From Microbotryum violaceum (Eukaryota): DNA of 64,000 nucleotides. The notes under the pieces are model-generated. The model worked only from the letters and a program-made list of their open reading frames with translations. It made no database searches and had not been told where the DNA came from. This document shows positions 46,924 through 62,614 of the stretch, in pieces. The stretch is taken from positions 1,984,001 through 2,048,000 of the forward strand of contig CDLV01000006.1 in NCBI GenBank assembly GCA_001244265.2, in the 5' to 3' direction. A program made the position numbers and the translations under genes. How positions within the stretch are numbered: position 1 is the stretch's first letter; the number at the start of each line of letters is the position of its first letter.

Positions 46924-49900
46924 TCAGACATAAATGTCGAGCGTCATCGGATTCACCGCCGCATCCATCGCCAGCAGCTTTTCCTGATCAAGGAACTCCA
47001 AAGGTAAGGGCACCAGATGTCCCCTAACCTGATCCAACTTGGTCTTGATCTCGTGCGCGGACATGTTGGGATCCGCGACATGGCCTGGTTTAACCGGTGC
47101 TTGAGGAACGAACGCCTTGTACTCGTTCCACGTGTGGACTCGGTCTGAAGGGACGCAGTGGAATACCTCTTCAAAGATCTCGGCGTTACGTTTTGCGGTG
47201 CCCTGCCACAGAGCGATCGTCTCGTCGCTCAAGGGGTCCGCAACGAGCGCATCCTCGGTAGATTCGGTCTCGTCGTCGTGTGGAACATCGGGAGGCAACA
47301 TCGCCGCAGTGACGGTCTCGGGTGTAGCCGCGCTGCCCTTGGGGAACAACGTCGGCTCGGCCAATCCGAGGTGTAGGCGCCACAATCGACGACGCAACGT
47401 CGCGGCAAACCGAGCGGCCATGTAAGGTTGCCCATCCATGCGCGAAGGGATCATATTCGTGTCCTCTATGACGATCGCGATCTCCGAATCTCGATCACCG
47501 CGCATCGAGCGTTCGTTGATGTTGGCCGAACCCATGATGACTCGACGATCGTCGACGATCATGAGTTTGAGATGCGAGTACACCAGTTCCGAGATGTAGG
47601 CCTTGCGTTCGCTCTCCTCCGTACCGAACCAGGGCTCGTCGAGCAACGAACCGGTCCCCTGGAAGACGTGGTGCGAGATCGAAACTGCAAGCTCTTCACG
47701 TACGACGTCCCCTTGCTCGAACTGCTGAATCGTCTCCAACGCCTCTTGGTACGACTGGGGCAACGGCCTCTTGTCGACAGGGGGACCGGTCTCGGGCTTC
47801 TTCTTCTCCCTCGGGTCCAGCGCCTTGACCTCACCACCCTCCTCGGCAGACGCGAACGACAGTTCTTGGTTGTCCCTCAGCTCATCTTTGGGTGGATCAC
47901 GACCCATGAAGACGCGTGCCAAAGCCGCCTGGGCCGTGTTGAAGTCGACGCCGGATCGTTGTTCCATCTGCTGACACGTCCGGCGTCAGGCAAGCGATCG
48001 TACGCACGCAAAGCGTAGAACCCAATGTACTCGTGCGGATCAAAGCCCTCCTTGGCGATGAGCTCCATGACCGAGTTACCACCGCGACAGATCGAGCTGT
48101 ACTGCCAGTGCATGATTGCGAGCAGACCCGAGTTGCCGTTGAGGTTGCCGGCGAAACCGGGGATCGAAGGGAGGATGACCGTGACCTTGAACTTGCGGCC
48201 GGAGCGCGCAGCACTGAGGATTCGCTCGACGAGGGCTTTGCCGATCAGGTTCTTGATCGGGCCTTTATCCGTCGTCGAAGTGATGAAGAACTGGTTCTCA
48301 ATGTGAATCCTGTCAGGTTCGGGAGCAGAGAGTTCTTGTCAGCTTAGCCTGTGCATCAGGCATTCACCATGAGAGCCACTCACGAGTTGTTGGCTTCAGC
48401 AATCATTTGGAGATAAGCATTTTGAATCGACGACTCGGGCAGAATACCATGGGACCAATCCGCCGAGGATCTGAGCACTTGCACACGCATATTCAACGCG
48501 GCAGTGGCCTCCGCATCAGGGGTGATGGGGTTGCGCACGATGTTCTCGCCGAACCGCTTGAAGCGATCAATGTGGGGGTGTCGAACAATCGCGGGTTCGG
48601 GTTCTTGCCCCTCGACGATCACATGTGGGAACGAGAGCATGGGGTATCGCTTGTTCTTGGAGTACTTGAGATCGCGGATAAAGTTCCATCGCTCGACGAA
48701 ATGCTGCGCGACATCAAGTACGGCCGGTCCAACGAGGCATGAGTGACAATCGTGCCAGGGCATACGGGCTGTGTCGAGACGAGAGACCGAGTTCGACAGC
48801 CAATGATCGACCTGGGCAAAATCCTGGATACGAGCGTTGTTGTAGTCTTGGCCAGCGAAAAGGGTGTGTTTGAAGCCTGTGAGGTGCACATCCGCAAGGG
48901 GGTACGCGCTGGTGTCATAGCGTCCGAAACACAGGTCGAGTCCTCCGATCGTCGCCTGAGTTCGGGGTCGTACAAATCGTTGCGGGTCAGTTTAGGGTGG
49001 CAGTCCCTTGGTTTCCGCTGTTGAAAAGGACGCACAATGGCTGCATCGACGACGATGATCTTCTCGTGGTGCGAATAAATGAGGGCTGTACGACAGCGAG
49101 AGGTCGAGTCCCCATCACTTTACACTTCGTTACTGGCGCCGGTGCTTTGAGCTCGCGTAGACTCACACATTTCACCTCCCAAGTGATCCGGATGGCGCAT
49201 CACAGAAATATTATCGTGCAAGTCCATGAGATAATGCATCGTATGCGCACTGCTCAGCGCCATCGACTGGGTGACTTCTTTATAGACGATAATGAAGATT
49301 CGTACCCCGGCCTGGGCTTTCCTCAGCAAGAGGCGGTCGATTCGCCAGTCCTCGTTTGCGGCCGGCGGTCTCCTGAGGTGGAGCTCGGGAGAGAGCCACC
49401 AATCGGCGATGAAGATAGAATCCTGTGCACCCTCAAGGATCTCGGAAACGGTATGAACTATTTCGAGGTGCGATAGAGCGCCACAATCACAAAGCCAACA
49501 AAGCGTCGAGTCAGCGAAAGGCGGTAAGGCGGTTCGGATCGGCATCCCGCCGGCGGAGAACTCGATTGTGAAACTCACAGAAGTCGTGGCCATCGATATA
49601 CCATTTGACGTGGTTATCGTTGCTGACTGCTGCAAACGACCCGAATCGATGTGCTGCACAGATCTCGGCCCTGATACGATCCTCCTCTCGCTGTCCGGAA
49701 TGAGATTCACGGATGCCACACGGCGCGTGTCAATCTCTGCCTTCGCGTCCGTCGGTTCGCCGAGTGAAAGTCCCGAAGCCGACTTTAATGATCGGCGGAT
49801 CACTGACCTCGTGTTCCTCGTCGTGTCGATGGTTGGGGTTGTAGGCGACTATCGAGTGACGAGGAGGGATCAGTACGCGGGTTTCAAGTATAAGCAAGAG

Positions 49901-50244
49901 CTCGTGTGAACCTACACCTGACCGATTCCCCAAGGCGTTCCAATCGGCCAGGCTGAGAGGTGCAACAGCATTGCAACGAGCGTGAGCGTGAGCACGAGCC
50001 GAGCACGTCCACGAGCTGTCGTTGCGGTGTCGCGCACTCACCATTTTCTCCATGGATGACGTCAGCTTCTCGACCGACGAGGCGATGTCTTTGAACTTGC
50101 TTGTGTCGATCGACGACTTGAGGTCCTTGAATTTGCTGCTGAAGCCCGACACTGCCACCGCACGACCGCCGACGCGCAGGATGACGGAGTAGCATAGTCA
50201 GCGACATGGGGCTTGCAGACGAGTCGTCGACATATTGACTCACT
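46924..50244 (-). CDS. phospholipase D (two HKD motifs; no PX/PH region evident)
   Basis: IADWWLSPELHLRRP, HHEKIIVVD, RMPWHD, IENQFFIT, HLKLMIVDD..GSANINERS..GDRDSE. The start appears as A(50244)|TG across intron 50243-50152. Confidence 0.92.
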
Positions 50245-50498
50245 TTTGTCTAATTGGAAGAGAGTGGTGTCAGTGGGGACGAATGGGCGCGCCGAGGCGT
50301 GCCAGAGTGAAGGATGTAGAGCAGAAACGTGTCGAAGGTGGGTGGGTCCGAGCGCGCGCGCGTCGAGTTCGCATTCCAGTACGGTTAATCCTCGGACTCT
50401 GTTCTACCCAAACAATGAGAAAACAAAGAAGAGGACACCCGTCGGAGTCGCTGTGCAACGCGGCCTGATACGTGCACGTGAGAAAAAGACGAATGAAA

Positions 50499-52735
50499 CC
50501 AGTGGGAACCCGTTAAATTAACGGGAGGATGAATTTTAAAAAAATAGCAGGATAATCGAACAGTCTACATGATCTCAGCGCAGAGGTTAAGAAAACACCT
50601 TACGAAGTACAGCAAAGAAACAAATCCATTCATCCTACATTCATCGCCGAAACAGCCTGCATGTGCTTGTTGCCGGACTTGGCTTCAAACACTCGTGCGA
50701 TAAGATGATCCGGGCGGTTGCATGCTTTATCGGCCCCAGTGCAGCCTTAGTTTCCGGTGAGTCGGGGTCGTACGTCATCTTGATTAGCAGCGGAGGCTTT
50801 TCATGTTTGACAACGCACGCCATCGCATCCTGGTATCGCTGCGTGATGTCGCAATTTGGTTCGGGGTCAAGCCGTTGATGCCTTGGGTCGTGGTGAGGCG
50901 TAGGTTCTCTTGATGCAACCGGATGTGATGAGTCAATCAGTCTTGACTTGGGAGTTTCACGAACTCCAGGAAGGGACGTTGGGTGCAATGCGGGATTGAG
51001 AAGTGCTCGTCGCGTTTGGCAAGTAGTGCGCAAAGAATTGTGAACGCGAGACTCGCCACCTCGAACCCTTTACTTGACCTTCGTCCTAGGTGTTCAAAAG
51101 TTCAATGTCAGTCTGTGCTTGCGCCTTCGGCAGAATGGAACATCAGAGAAAGAGCCGAAGACGCGTACGTTCGCCATCACCATCCTCTTCGTCCCCTTCC
51201 TCGCCGTCTTCATCCTCATTGTCGCGGTCTTCGTCCTCCTGTTCGTCTTCGTCATCCAGACCGAGACCGGCAAGTACCTCGCGCAATTGGACACCATTGT
51301 CGATCTGCTCTCAGTTTCTGGCGTTTGGCGGCCTGGCTTGGTGGAACCCCGCAAAGAGGAATGTTGAGGTGGGAGCTATCTTCCTCTGCGGGGAAGAGTA
51401 GTGGGTAACGGAGAGGCATCGCAGACGGATGGAGCGAGCTAACGATTTGGTACTTGGGCCGACCATCGGGACATCGATCACCGTGCACCTGGAGAATAAG
51501 GTCTTGCGGTCCACGATCTCCCGTGTTGGTGTCGGAATCGCAGATAAGCATCGCCATTTCCGTGCTCGACGTAGGAAGGTTGTGGGTGCGTCGGTCTCGG
51601 CCTGGTGGTAGGCAGAGGCGCAGGACCCACTCTTTGGCCGTATCCAAACCCGCGCGGGCTTTGGCCGATGCGAACTCCCTCACAAAGCGATTGCCGGTGC
51701 GCAACATGGACTCGAGCTTGGTCAGCGTTGATCTTTGAATGCGAAGGTCTGCGCCGTCCGGTCCAAGTCGTGTGTCGGTGGCCTCGGCCGGGTCGATCAG
51801 CCATGTCTGGGCAAAGGCTGGGCGTTGATTCACGGCAGGGATCAGGGCACCGAGTCGATCATAGAGGCGGCCGAACACACGAAACACGGGAGGTCCTAGA
51901 GTGCCCACTTGGGTTTGGTCCCAGCAGTAGGCAGCGAGCGAAGTAAAGGACAACGCGTTATTGTAAGACCGGGCATTCTCGCGGAATGCTTTAGCGTCTG
52001 TGTAGGTGCATCACACAGTTCAGCATGTGGGCCATACTGCAGAGAGATGTTGTTGGACGGAGCAACTGACCGCTATCCGAGCCTTGAAGAAGCTGCCGAT
52101 ACTCGAGATTGGGCTGGGGAGGGGGAGGTAGCTGCACCTTGCCCTGCGAAAACGTGGGGCTTGAGGGGTTTGAGCGCGATTCGAGCCCGGCGCACTCGCC
52201 TTTGCGGAGCGAGCCCAGCGTCGAGTTGGCCATCGCGCTGACGACGCTGTCCGTTCTGCACAGCTGCACGGCGGGCTCGTATACGTGTCGCAATGCCAAG
52301 ATCGGTTGCATTGTTGTCATGACGCGCGGGGGCTGATTCTGTTGATCGGAGCGGGACGAAGAGGAGGGTCGAGCCGCGGGGCGCCCAGCAGCGGGCGCTC
52401 GAGCAGGCCCATGGTAGCCCATGGTACGGCGCTACCCTCGCGCCCAAGACTTGGCGAGGCTGCGATGGCCCTCCCTGAGTCCCTGGCGACCTTGGGACCG
52501 GGACATAGCAGCGAGGGTTTGTTCTTGAATGAGTGTCACTAAAATTGGATGAGAGTGAGAGGGAGAAAGGAAAGGTTCGAGGGAGCGGCGCAGGATTATT
52601 TACGTGGTTTGATATGTTGTTCAGCCCCTAATGCCGCTGGTCGACTGCCGGAATGACACTGACACCGCCGACGCACCGCATCACGTGACAAACGCCAGCC
52701 CTCGCCTCGCGCGTCAGGCAGAGCTCTGCTGTAGA
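50499..52735 (-). mobile_element. Helitron deletion derivative (5' end approximate)
   Basis: N-terminal Cys-rich region; Helitron_like_N motifs NNALSFTS, GPPVFRVFG, PAFAQ, HNLPT..E, HPSAMPLRYPLLFP; Rep motif remnant DAMACV..KP. 3' hairpin CCCGTTAAATTAACGGG (50509-50525) then CTGG|T; candidate 5' TC at 52735. Confidence 0.8.
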
Positions 52736-54821
52736 AGCAATATCATGCAAAGCCACGCGCTTGCGGTTCATTAAATGCAATATGAGTGGAAGCATTGGTT
52801 TATGTCAGCGAAGAAAAGAAAGAAAATACTGGGAGCGCTGTAGCTTCGTTGGAACGGCGCGGAAAATACAAAAGTCACCACAGGGCTTGTACATGACTTC
52901 TGATCGGAACTCCGACACCACAGGCAGGTGCGGCAGACACAACAGTATGCTGGTACAACCACCACAGGCGGCCCTCCAGGCCGCAACCTAGTTAAAAACA
53001 GCGATTTTAGGTACATTCCTTAACTCACACTTTTTTTTTACTAGTTAGGGTAAAAAGCAAACACAGCGAACCCCCACACATCCCCACTTCCTCTCCATCA
53101 TCCCCATCCTCGAGTCTGACCTGTCCCGCCGCATTGCCAGTTGAAGCAGCTGTTGGCAGCGGGTGACCACGTTAGCAGCAGCTCGCAACTTTACGTTCGA
53201 GCAGACGGAACTACTAGTAGGCAGTCACACTTGGTGTGCATAAAACTCACTTTTTGTGGACAAAGTTGTTGATTCATCATTGATACCAGTCATGACGTCT
53301 TGAACGGCCGAATGGCCGCAAGGAAACCCCCTGTAACGCCAAATCCCGAGGTGGATGCAAAGGTGAAGGTGAAGGTGAGAGCAAGGTCAGCCCAAGCCCG
53401 GCGTACAAGGTCGGGTCCGGCCGATGATGCCGCAGGCTGAGCTGCGCTGGCGGTGGCAGTGCATGCTCGGAGGTGGCCACAAGCGGAACTGACCCGATAC
53501 AATGATAACCAAAAACCTCTCCCAAACTCTATACCTCGCAAGACGACCAGGACTGCCGTGGGCCCCTCTTCGATCAAGAGCGTGCGATCGGAGGCCGAGT
53601 GAAGACCAGAGGAGGGCAGTGCCCAAGTCAGCGACGGTGGTACTTGCAACAAGTGGGAGGGGTGAACTCACGGTGGCTGATGGTACACTACTGCCGACTT
53701 CCACCACCTACCGCCTCGGTGCTGCGTCGATGCGCTAGTCGGTTTCGGCCCAGTGGTGGAGGAGCCATGTGAGAGGTACTCATCAACGAAGAAGAAGGAA
53801 GGAGAGAGAGAGAGGTGGGAGTCATGTTGAGGGGTCAGAAGATCGAGCTGATGAGCCAGGAGCGCGCCGGTCCCCGTCACGCGCAACCTGTTCACTTCTG
53901 ACGCGACAAACACCTCGGGTACTACCCTCGCACTCCCTCATCTTTCGATCTCTCACCGACCATGACGATCGCACACGCACACAAACTGCTCGACCAGGAA
54001 CTCCTCACCGTTCCGGAAGCCCTATTGGGTCAGCATCAAGACGTGCGACAGGCGTTGGTTTCGCTGGTAGGCACCGTCGATGGCGAGTCCGAACCCACCG
54101 TCGCTGCTGGTTCAACGCTCCACCCACCGATGAACACCCTCCCCCCTCCCCCCTCCCACCACCACACACACATCCTAACCCCTCAAAAAAAACACCCCCC
54201 GGGTCGCGCCCGGCCGTCGTATTTGACATTACCTTGCACAGGCTTGCCCCCGATATTCATCATGTTCGTTTCGGCCTGATGGAGAGGTGCGCTGTGCTTT
54301 CCTACGTCTCCTGTCATTGAAACTCGTTGTAATAGCTGGTGTGCGCCGACTTGTCAGCCAGCCGTGGGGCTCGGGCTCGACGGTCTGACACTTCGAATCG
54401 CAGCCTGCACTTCCTCTCTCATGTCACATTCCCTGCGCCTGGTACCTTGTTGTACTTGGACCTTGACGGGTTTTATCCTTGGTCACCACTTTTTTGTAGG
54501 CAGTATGGCATCCATTGGCTAGATAATCCCCGGATAGACTTTGGTGAGCCGTGAGACGCACGTGACCTTCGTCGGGAATCCTCAACTCCTGAATCCTGAT
54601 CCGTGCAAAATGGCGTACTTGCGCGTCTATTTACTGCTTAGGGTGCCTGTGCGTAAGCCGACCCTAGGTACAGAATTACACGTTGAATCAGACCGTAGTC
54701 GGTACTAGACACCCCTCGGAGAATCGGGCTCTCTTCTTGAATCCCGCGCAAAACCTCGGCTCGTCCGCGGCTCGACGCCTTGACTCCGCCGAACTCGCCT
54801 TGCTGTGCCGAAAGAGCGAGA

Positions 54822-57097
54822 ATGAGCGGAGGACCCGATGCGATGCCTCCTTCCTCATCCTTTCCCTCCAGGGTAGCGCGACACAGAGTCGCATTCCGCT
54901 GCCACTCGAAACAACGCCCATGTCCGAACCGGCAGAGCCAGGGAAGGTGTCTTCCACAACGACCCCACGAACTGAGGCCGAAGGGAGTGCGACGGTCGTG
55001 CAGTGGGACGAGCAACAACATCACTGGGACGAGTGCCGGTCGTCGAACGGCGACCTCGACGACCAGACTTCCAGGCGGGATTTTCGACCAGGCCGAGAAA
55101 GGCCACAATATCGCTCAAGATGATGTAATGTGGATCGGATGGGACGAGACCGACCCTGGGAACCCCTACAATGTCAGTCATCTGCGCGAGCGACGATGAG
55201 CCCATGTTGCGAAGACCAGTCGTCGGGCTGATCGAGATCGCATACCTCATGTAACCATTTCCACAGTGGGGAACAGGCCGAAAATGGCTCACAACATGGA
55301 TTTGCTGCGTCTACACTTTGGTTGGTACGTTCGTGACGTTCATTCAGAGGGTTGATGGGATCCCGCCCAGGGGCGGTATTTCCCCGAGGACCGCGAGCGA
55401 GCCGAAGCTGAGGTGGGCGAAACGCATATCTTCGGTTGAACAGTGGCTTTCTGTGGTGCTGCATTCTCTATGGGCACTGAATCGATGATGCGAGATCTAA
55501 ATTGCTCGCTCGAGCTTGCCGTCTTGGCTTTGTCGACGTGAGTTGGGGTGCTGAACCTGAGATGCCCGATTGATCGCTGCCGATCACGGAGCCGGCACCG
55601 GCAGAACACTGACCTGCCAGCTTGATTGATGTTCACGCCCGGCGAACAGTTTTCCTCTTGGTTTCGGCCTCGCGCCGCTGGTATTGGCTCCTTTCAGCGA
55701 GTAGGTCTTACAGTGCGGGGGCACAAGACGAGGGCTTTACGGATTATATGACATGTCATGTTAACGCGTTCGTGCGGTTCCTCTCCAGAGCCTATGGACG
55801 ATGCAAGTCCTTCCAAGTGGGCTCTTCGATGTTGCGTCCTAGCTTTGGTTGTTTACTGTTTTGCGCTTTTCTAATAATTCAACAGATCCTATGTACGCCA
55901 TCAGCGGGATAATATACACCCTCTTCTTTCTGCCGATCACGCTCGGTAGAAACATTGCGACCGTCATTATCGCCCGTTTTATCGGTGGCCTCGCAGCGTC
56001 GACCGGATCGACCCTTGTCGGAGGCACCGTCGCAGACTTGTTCGAATCCAAAGACCGAGGGTTGCCAATGTCAATTTTCTCTTTGGCGGCATTTGCTGGA
56101 ACCGGTCTGGTGGGTCATCAGAACCTCCCGGCTGAATCTGGCGCGCGCAGCTGATCACCAACGCTTTGCCACAATTTCAGGGTCCGGCGACCATGGGCTA
56201 CGTCGAGGAAAATCTGGGCCTCCAATGGAGGTGAATCTCATGGATCCAACTCATCATCGCAGGTGTAACGAGTCTCTGCATCATTCTCTTGACCCAGGAA
56301 ACACGAGGCAGTGTGATCCTCTCCAAGCGAGCGGCGGCGAAGTGCAAGGAAACAGGCGATCCACGATACCAATGCAGGAGTGATGCCGAACGGGCGTCGC
56401 TTGCGATCCTCATCAAATTCAGTTTGACGCGACCGTTGTTCCTACTCTTCACGGAGCCGATCGTTCCCGCCTTCTCGCTGTGGGTCTCGTTTGCTTGGGG
56501 CATCCTGTACCTCACCTTGCGCGCCGTACCCCTCGTGTTCGCGAACGTCTACGGGTTCACGATCGGCCAAGTCGGATTGGTTTTCTACGGTGTTGTGGTA
56601 GCGGGACTTTTTGGGTTCGTCTCCAACTTCTACCAGGAGCGACTGTACCAGCGCCATGTCGCCACCCGCGGACCCGAAGCGTGGCTGTACGCCGCGCTGA
56701 TCGGCGGCATGATTTTTCCGATCGGAACGTTTATTTTCGCCTTCACCCAAGGTCGAACGCACTGGATGGGACCCGTGATCGGTCTAATGCTGTGCTTCTT
56801 TGGCATCTTCACCATCTATCTGTCCACATCAACTATCTCGCCGACGCCTATACCATTTATGCTAGCTCGGCCTTGTCGGCGCAGTCGCTGTGCCGCAACT
56901 TGCTTGGGTTCGCGTTCCCGCTCTTCACCTCGCAGCTCTACTCGTCTTTGGGATACCAGTGGGCTTCGTTCCTTTCGGGGATGTTGGGTCTTGCCCTTGC
57001 AGGCACGCCTTGGGTCCTGTTTTTCTTTGGTCCTCGTATTAGGGCGAGCTCGAAATTCGCCAAGGAGTTGGCCAAGATGCGAGCTACAGGCAAGTGA
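54822..57097 (+). pseudogene. MFS drug:H+ antiporter (DHA1-like), disrupted
   Basis: WDETDPGNPYN, ARFIGG..STGSTLVGGTVADLF, ETR, RPL.LLFTEP, NYLADAY..YASSALSAQSLCRN. Premature TGA at 56232 (WR*I) and a 1-nt frameshift near 56826. Confidence 0.8.
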
Positions 57098-57339
57098 GTG
57101 GATGAGGACGACTTTGACATCGTCAAGACGTAGTGATATATATCAGTAATATGCCCGCCGAGACCATGTTGTATTTCTCAGTCAGAGTGTTTCGTCATCC
57201 TCGTCGACCTAGTGCGAGCGTCCTTTCAAATTCGCGCTCACGCGCACTGCGCTCAGTATGGTGTTACAACAAATCCACTCTGCTCAATGTACTGGAAGTT
57301 GGACCGGAAAGGCGCGGTCTCCGAGCTTGGTCTTAGCCC

Positions 57340-58370
57340 TCACCTCCCTCTCCCGAACCCTCCCAGGCCTAACCGATCCCAACCCTCTTGCACGCCCGAG
57401 CTCAGCAGGCCGGACCCCACGCTCGACATCCCGTTCCCACTCTGCAACGCTTTCCTCGCCTTCGTCTGAGCCGAGAAGGAGGCCTGGATTGAGTCGATTG
57501 AAGTGTCGAGCACGAGTCCGCCGGTGAGGATGCAACTGAGGAGGGCGTGGACCTTTCGAGAGTTGGGAGGTGGTGAGGTCAGTTTTTGAACTTTGCGAGG
57601 CACGATGCGCATTATTCCGAGAACTGACTTGGTCGAAGTGGAAGATGAGATCGAGTTCGCACACGTTCTCGAAGCACCGATCGAGAGACTCGACGAAGAC
57701 CTAGGACGGATGGGAATTAGATAGACTCGTGGGAGTCAAACTTTCTCTACTCATGGCGAGCAATCCCCCCCACACACATGAAGACGAACCTGGATGAGGT
57801 CGAGGATGCCGAGTTCCGATTCGGATTGATCGACAACGAACACAAAGTAGAGCGTGGCTGCAAGCCTGTCGGTTTCAGTTCGTGTCGTACCTACGAAAGC
57901 TTTTGTTCTCGACGGGGCCCGCACGAACCATAGTGACGGTAGATGACCCGTAGATCCTCGGCAGGTTCCTCCCCCTCTTGGCCGTCGTGACTCTGACCGA
58001 ACGCACTGGCTGGGGGGAGTTCGACAAAGTTGCAGAGTGTATCGCCTCGGACGGATACGAGCGAATAGATGCGCTCGAGAATGGCCGCTCGAGTTGACGG
58101 CGACGACGGCTGAGTGAGAGCGCGACGAGGAGGTCAGGCTGGGGGAGGAGCACGAGCACGAGAGAATGTCCAACCAAAGCACTCAACTCACGGAATAGAA
58201 CTTGCTCAGCCGTGGCTTGCCCGAGTTGTTGAAGATGAGTACTGGGCATGGCGAACGCGTTCCCAAGTCAAGTGCGAGTTGGAGGGACACAGGGGAGGAC
58301 GCATAGCCCGTCAGACTGAGCTCGTGGATTCCCGATGCACGAGCGAGCATCACTCACCACTGTGGATCAT
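57340..58370 (-). CDS. APS3: AP-3 complex subunit sigma
   Basis: MIHSV|LIFNNSGKPRLSKFY, LCNFVE, IYRHY|ATLYFVFVVDQSESELGILDLIQ|VFVESLDRCFENVCELDLIFHF, GGLVLDT. Confidence 0.93.
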
Positions 58371-58614
58371 CTCCCGAAGCAGTGCTGCTGGCACACAAGG
58401 GATGACAGAGGCCGCAAGTCAGAACGGACGATGGATCCACGAGTCAAAGTTGAGCGTTGAACGTTGAGCGCTGAGCGCCGAGCTCACGAATTCACATATT
58501 AGAAGAACATAGATCAGCTTCGATTAGCATATGAATTCACCTTCATCACCGAGCGCCTGTCCTGCCCCCTCCCCTCCAGCCCTTGCCCCCGGTAGCAAAA
58601 CCCCAACGACCACC

Positions 58615-59312
58615 ATGTCCAACTGGTTCGAAAAGCAACTCGATCTGCTCTACAAGCGCATGGAGTGCCCCATCGTAAGCTACTCTCCGAGCGAGCCGAG
58701 CGTTCGTGGTGCTGCGTGTCCGTGCTCGTGCTGACGGTCGCGTCGCTCTGGCCTTGCATCATGCAGGACTTTGTCGGGCAGGAGAGAACGAACATGTTGA
58801 TGCAGCAAATGCTGTGGGCTACCGGCGTAAGCTTCAACTCGGCCCTGACCACCATATCCTGTTCTCTACGCTTTCCGAGCGCTGTCCTGACACGCGCCAA
58901 CACCTCCTGTTCAACGGGACGGCCACATCAACATCTTCGGTGACTCGTCATTTCTTCTCCCAGGCCGTCTCCTTTGTCGTCGGATTCGCATTCCAATCTC
59001 TCAAGTTGACGCTCCTCCTCTTCGCGGCTGGTTACGTTCTCACCCTCTTTGTGAGTCTCCCTCGCCGAACCCCCAAGTAGGGGGGGGGAGCCTCATATTC
59101 GCGGCGGTGCGCCACCCCGTCCTCACCTTGACACTGACACTTGACGCTTCACTCTGCCATCTATGCCTGCGCGACAGACGATCCTGCCCCCCTATCCCGC
59201 TTACAACCAGAATCCCGTCAAGTGGCTGGCACCGGCATTGGATGAGAAGGTGGCCCCCGCGACGGGCAAGAAGGCGTCCAAGGGGTCAAGCGAAAGCAAG
59301 AAGAAGCGATAA
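58615..59312 (+). CDS. SPC1: signal peptidase complex subunit 1 (SPC12)
   Basis: Four exons: ..ECPI|DFVGQ.., two hydrophobic segments, LPPYPAYNQNPVKW; stop at 59310-59312. Confidence 0.88.
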
Positions 59313-59899
59313 TAGCACACCAGCCCGTCGCATGTAGATGTAACAGCAGTGCATTAGATTTGGGTTCTGGCATCGACAAGATATGTGAGATGTTCTGGTT
59401 CGCTCTGAATGTGCACCGTGCGTTGTTGATGGGCTACCACAGCCTGATCAGGAGACGACTGTCAACATGGCCAAGTCGAGCTGTCGGGAATTGAGCATCC
59501 GGCCTCCCAGCAGGTCACTATCATATCTGTGGCATTCTTTCAATGCTGGGGTGGAAGGCAGGCAAGACTCAGCACACCTCTTACCCCGCTGCTTGATGTC
59601 CGTCCCCGTCGTCCGAGGCTTCCCGCGGCGCTCGGAGTCGTCCCCGATTGATCTTCAAAAAAAAAAACAGAACCGGAGGCAGAATTAACAAGTAAAAGAT
59701 TTGAGAACAAGGTTGTTTTGAGGGAACCTCAAAATAGTAAACCGTCTTGCCTGGCTTTACCAGGCTAGTAGATAAAGGTATTTCATACCATGGTTATCTG
59801 CTTTCACTGTCAACTCGGGCTCGCCGGTTCACGGGGCTGGCTTATGTCCGCGGACCTTTACTGCAGCGGTTTGGAAACTGGTAAGCCATCTCTACAAAA

Positions 59900-62350
<2,451 letters not shown>

Positions 62351-62614
62351 GTAGGATTTGGAAGGAAGACTGGGCCCGCTGTGCGGATGAAGCGGTGAAG
62401 GGGAATGAAGAGAGAGCAGCGGTTTGAACGACCGGGACGATTGAGGGGAGTTTGCTTCTTGTTTTCAGGTAGACTACTTTCTTTTTTTTTTGGTCGGGGC
62501 TGTCGGCGCCGACTTGGCACCGCTTCGCGGTCAAGCAAACGTGATGAGACCGAGGTGCCGAAGCCGCGAGTGGTCGGGCTCATATGCAGACGAGAAAAGG
62601 ACAAAAATGCCCTC

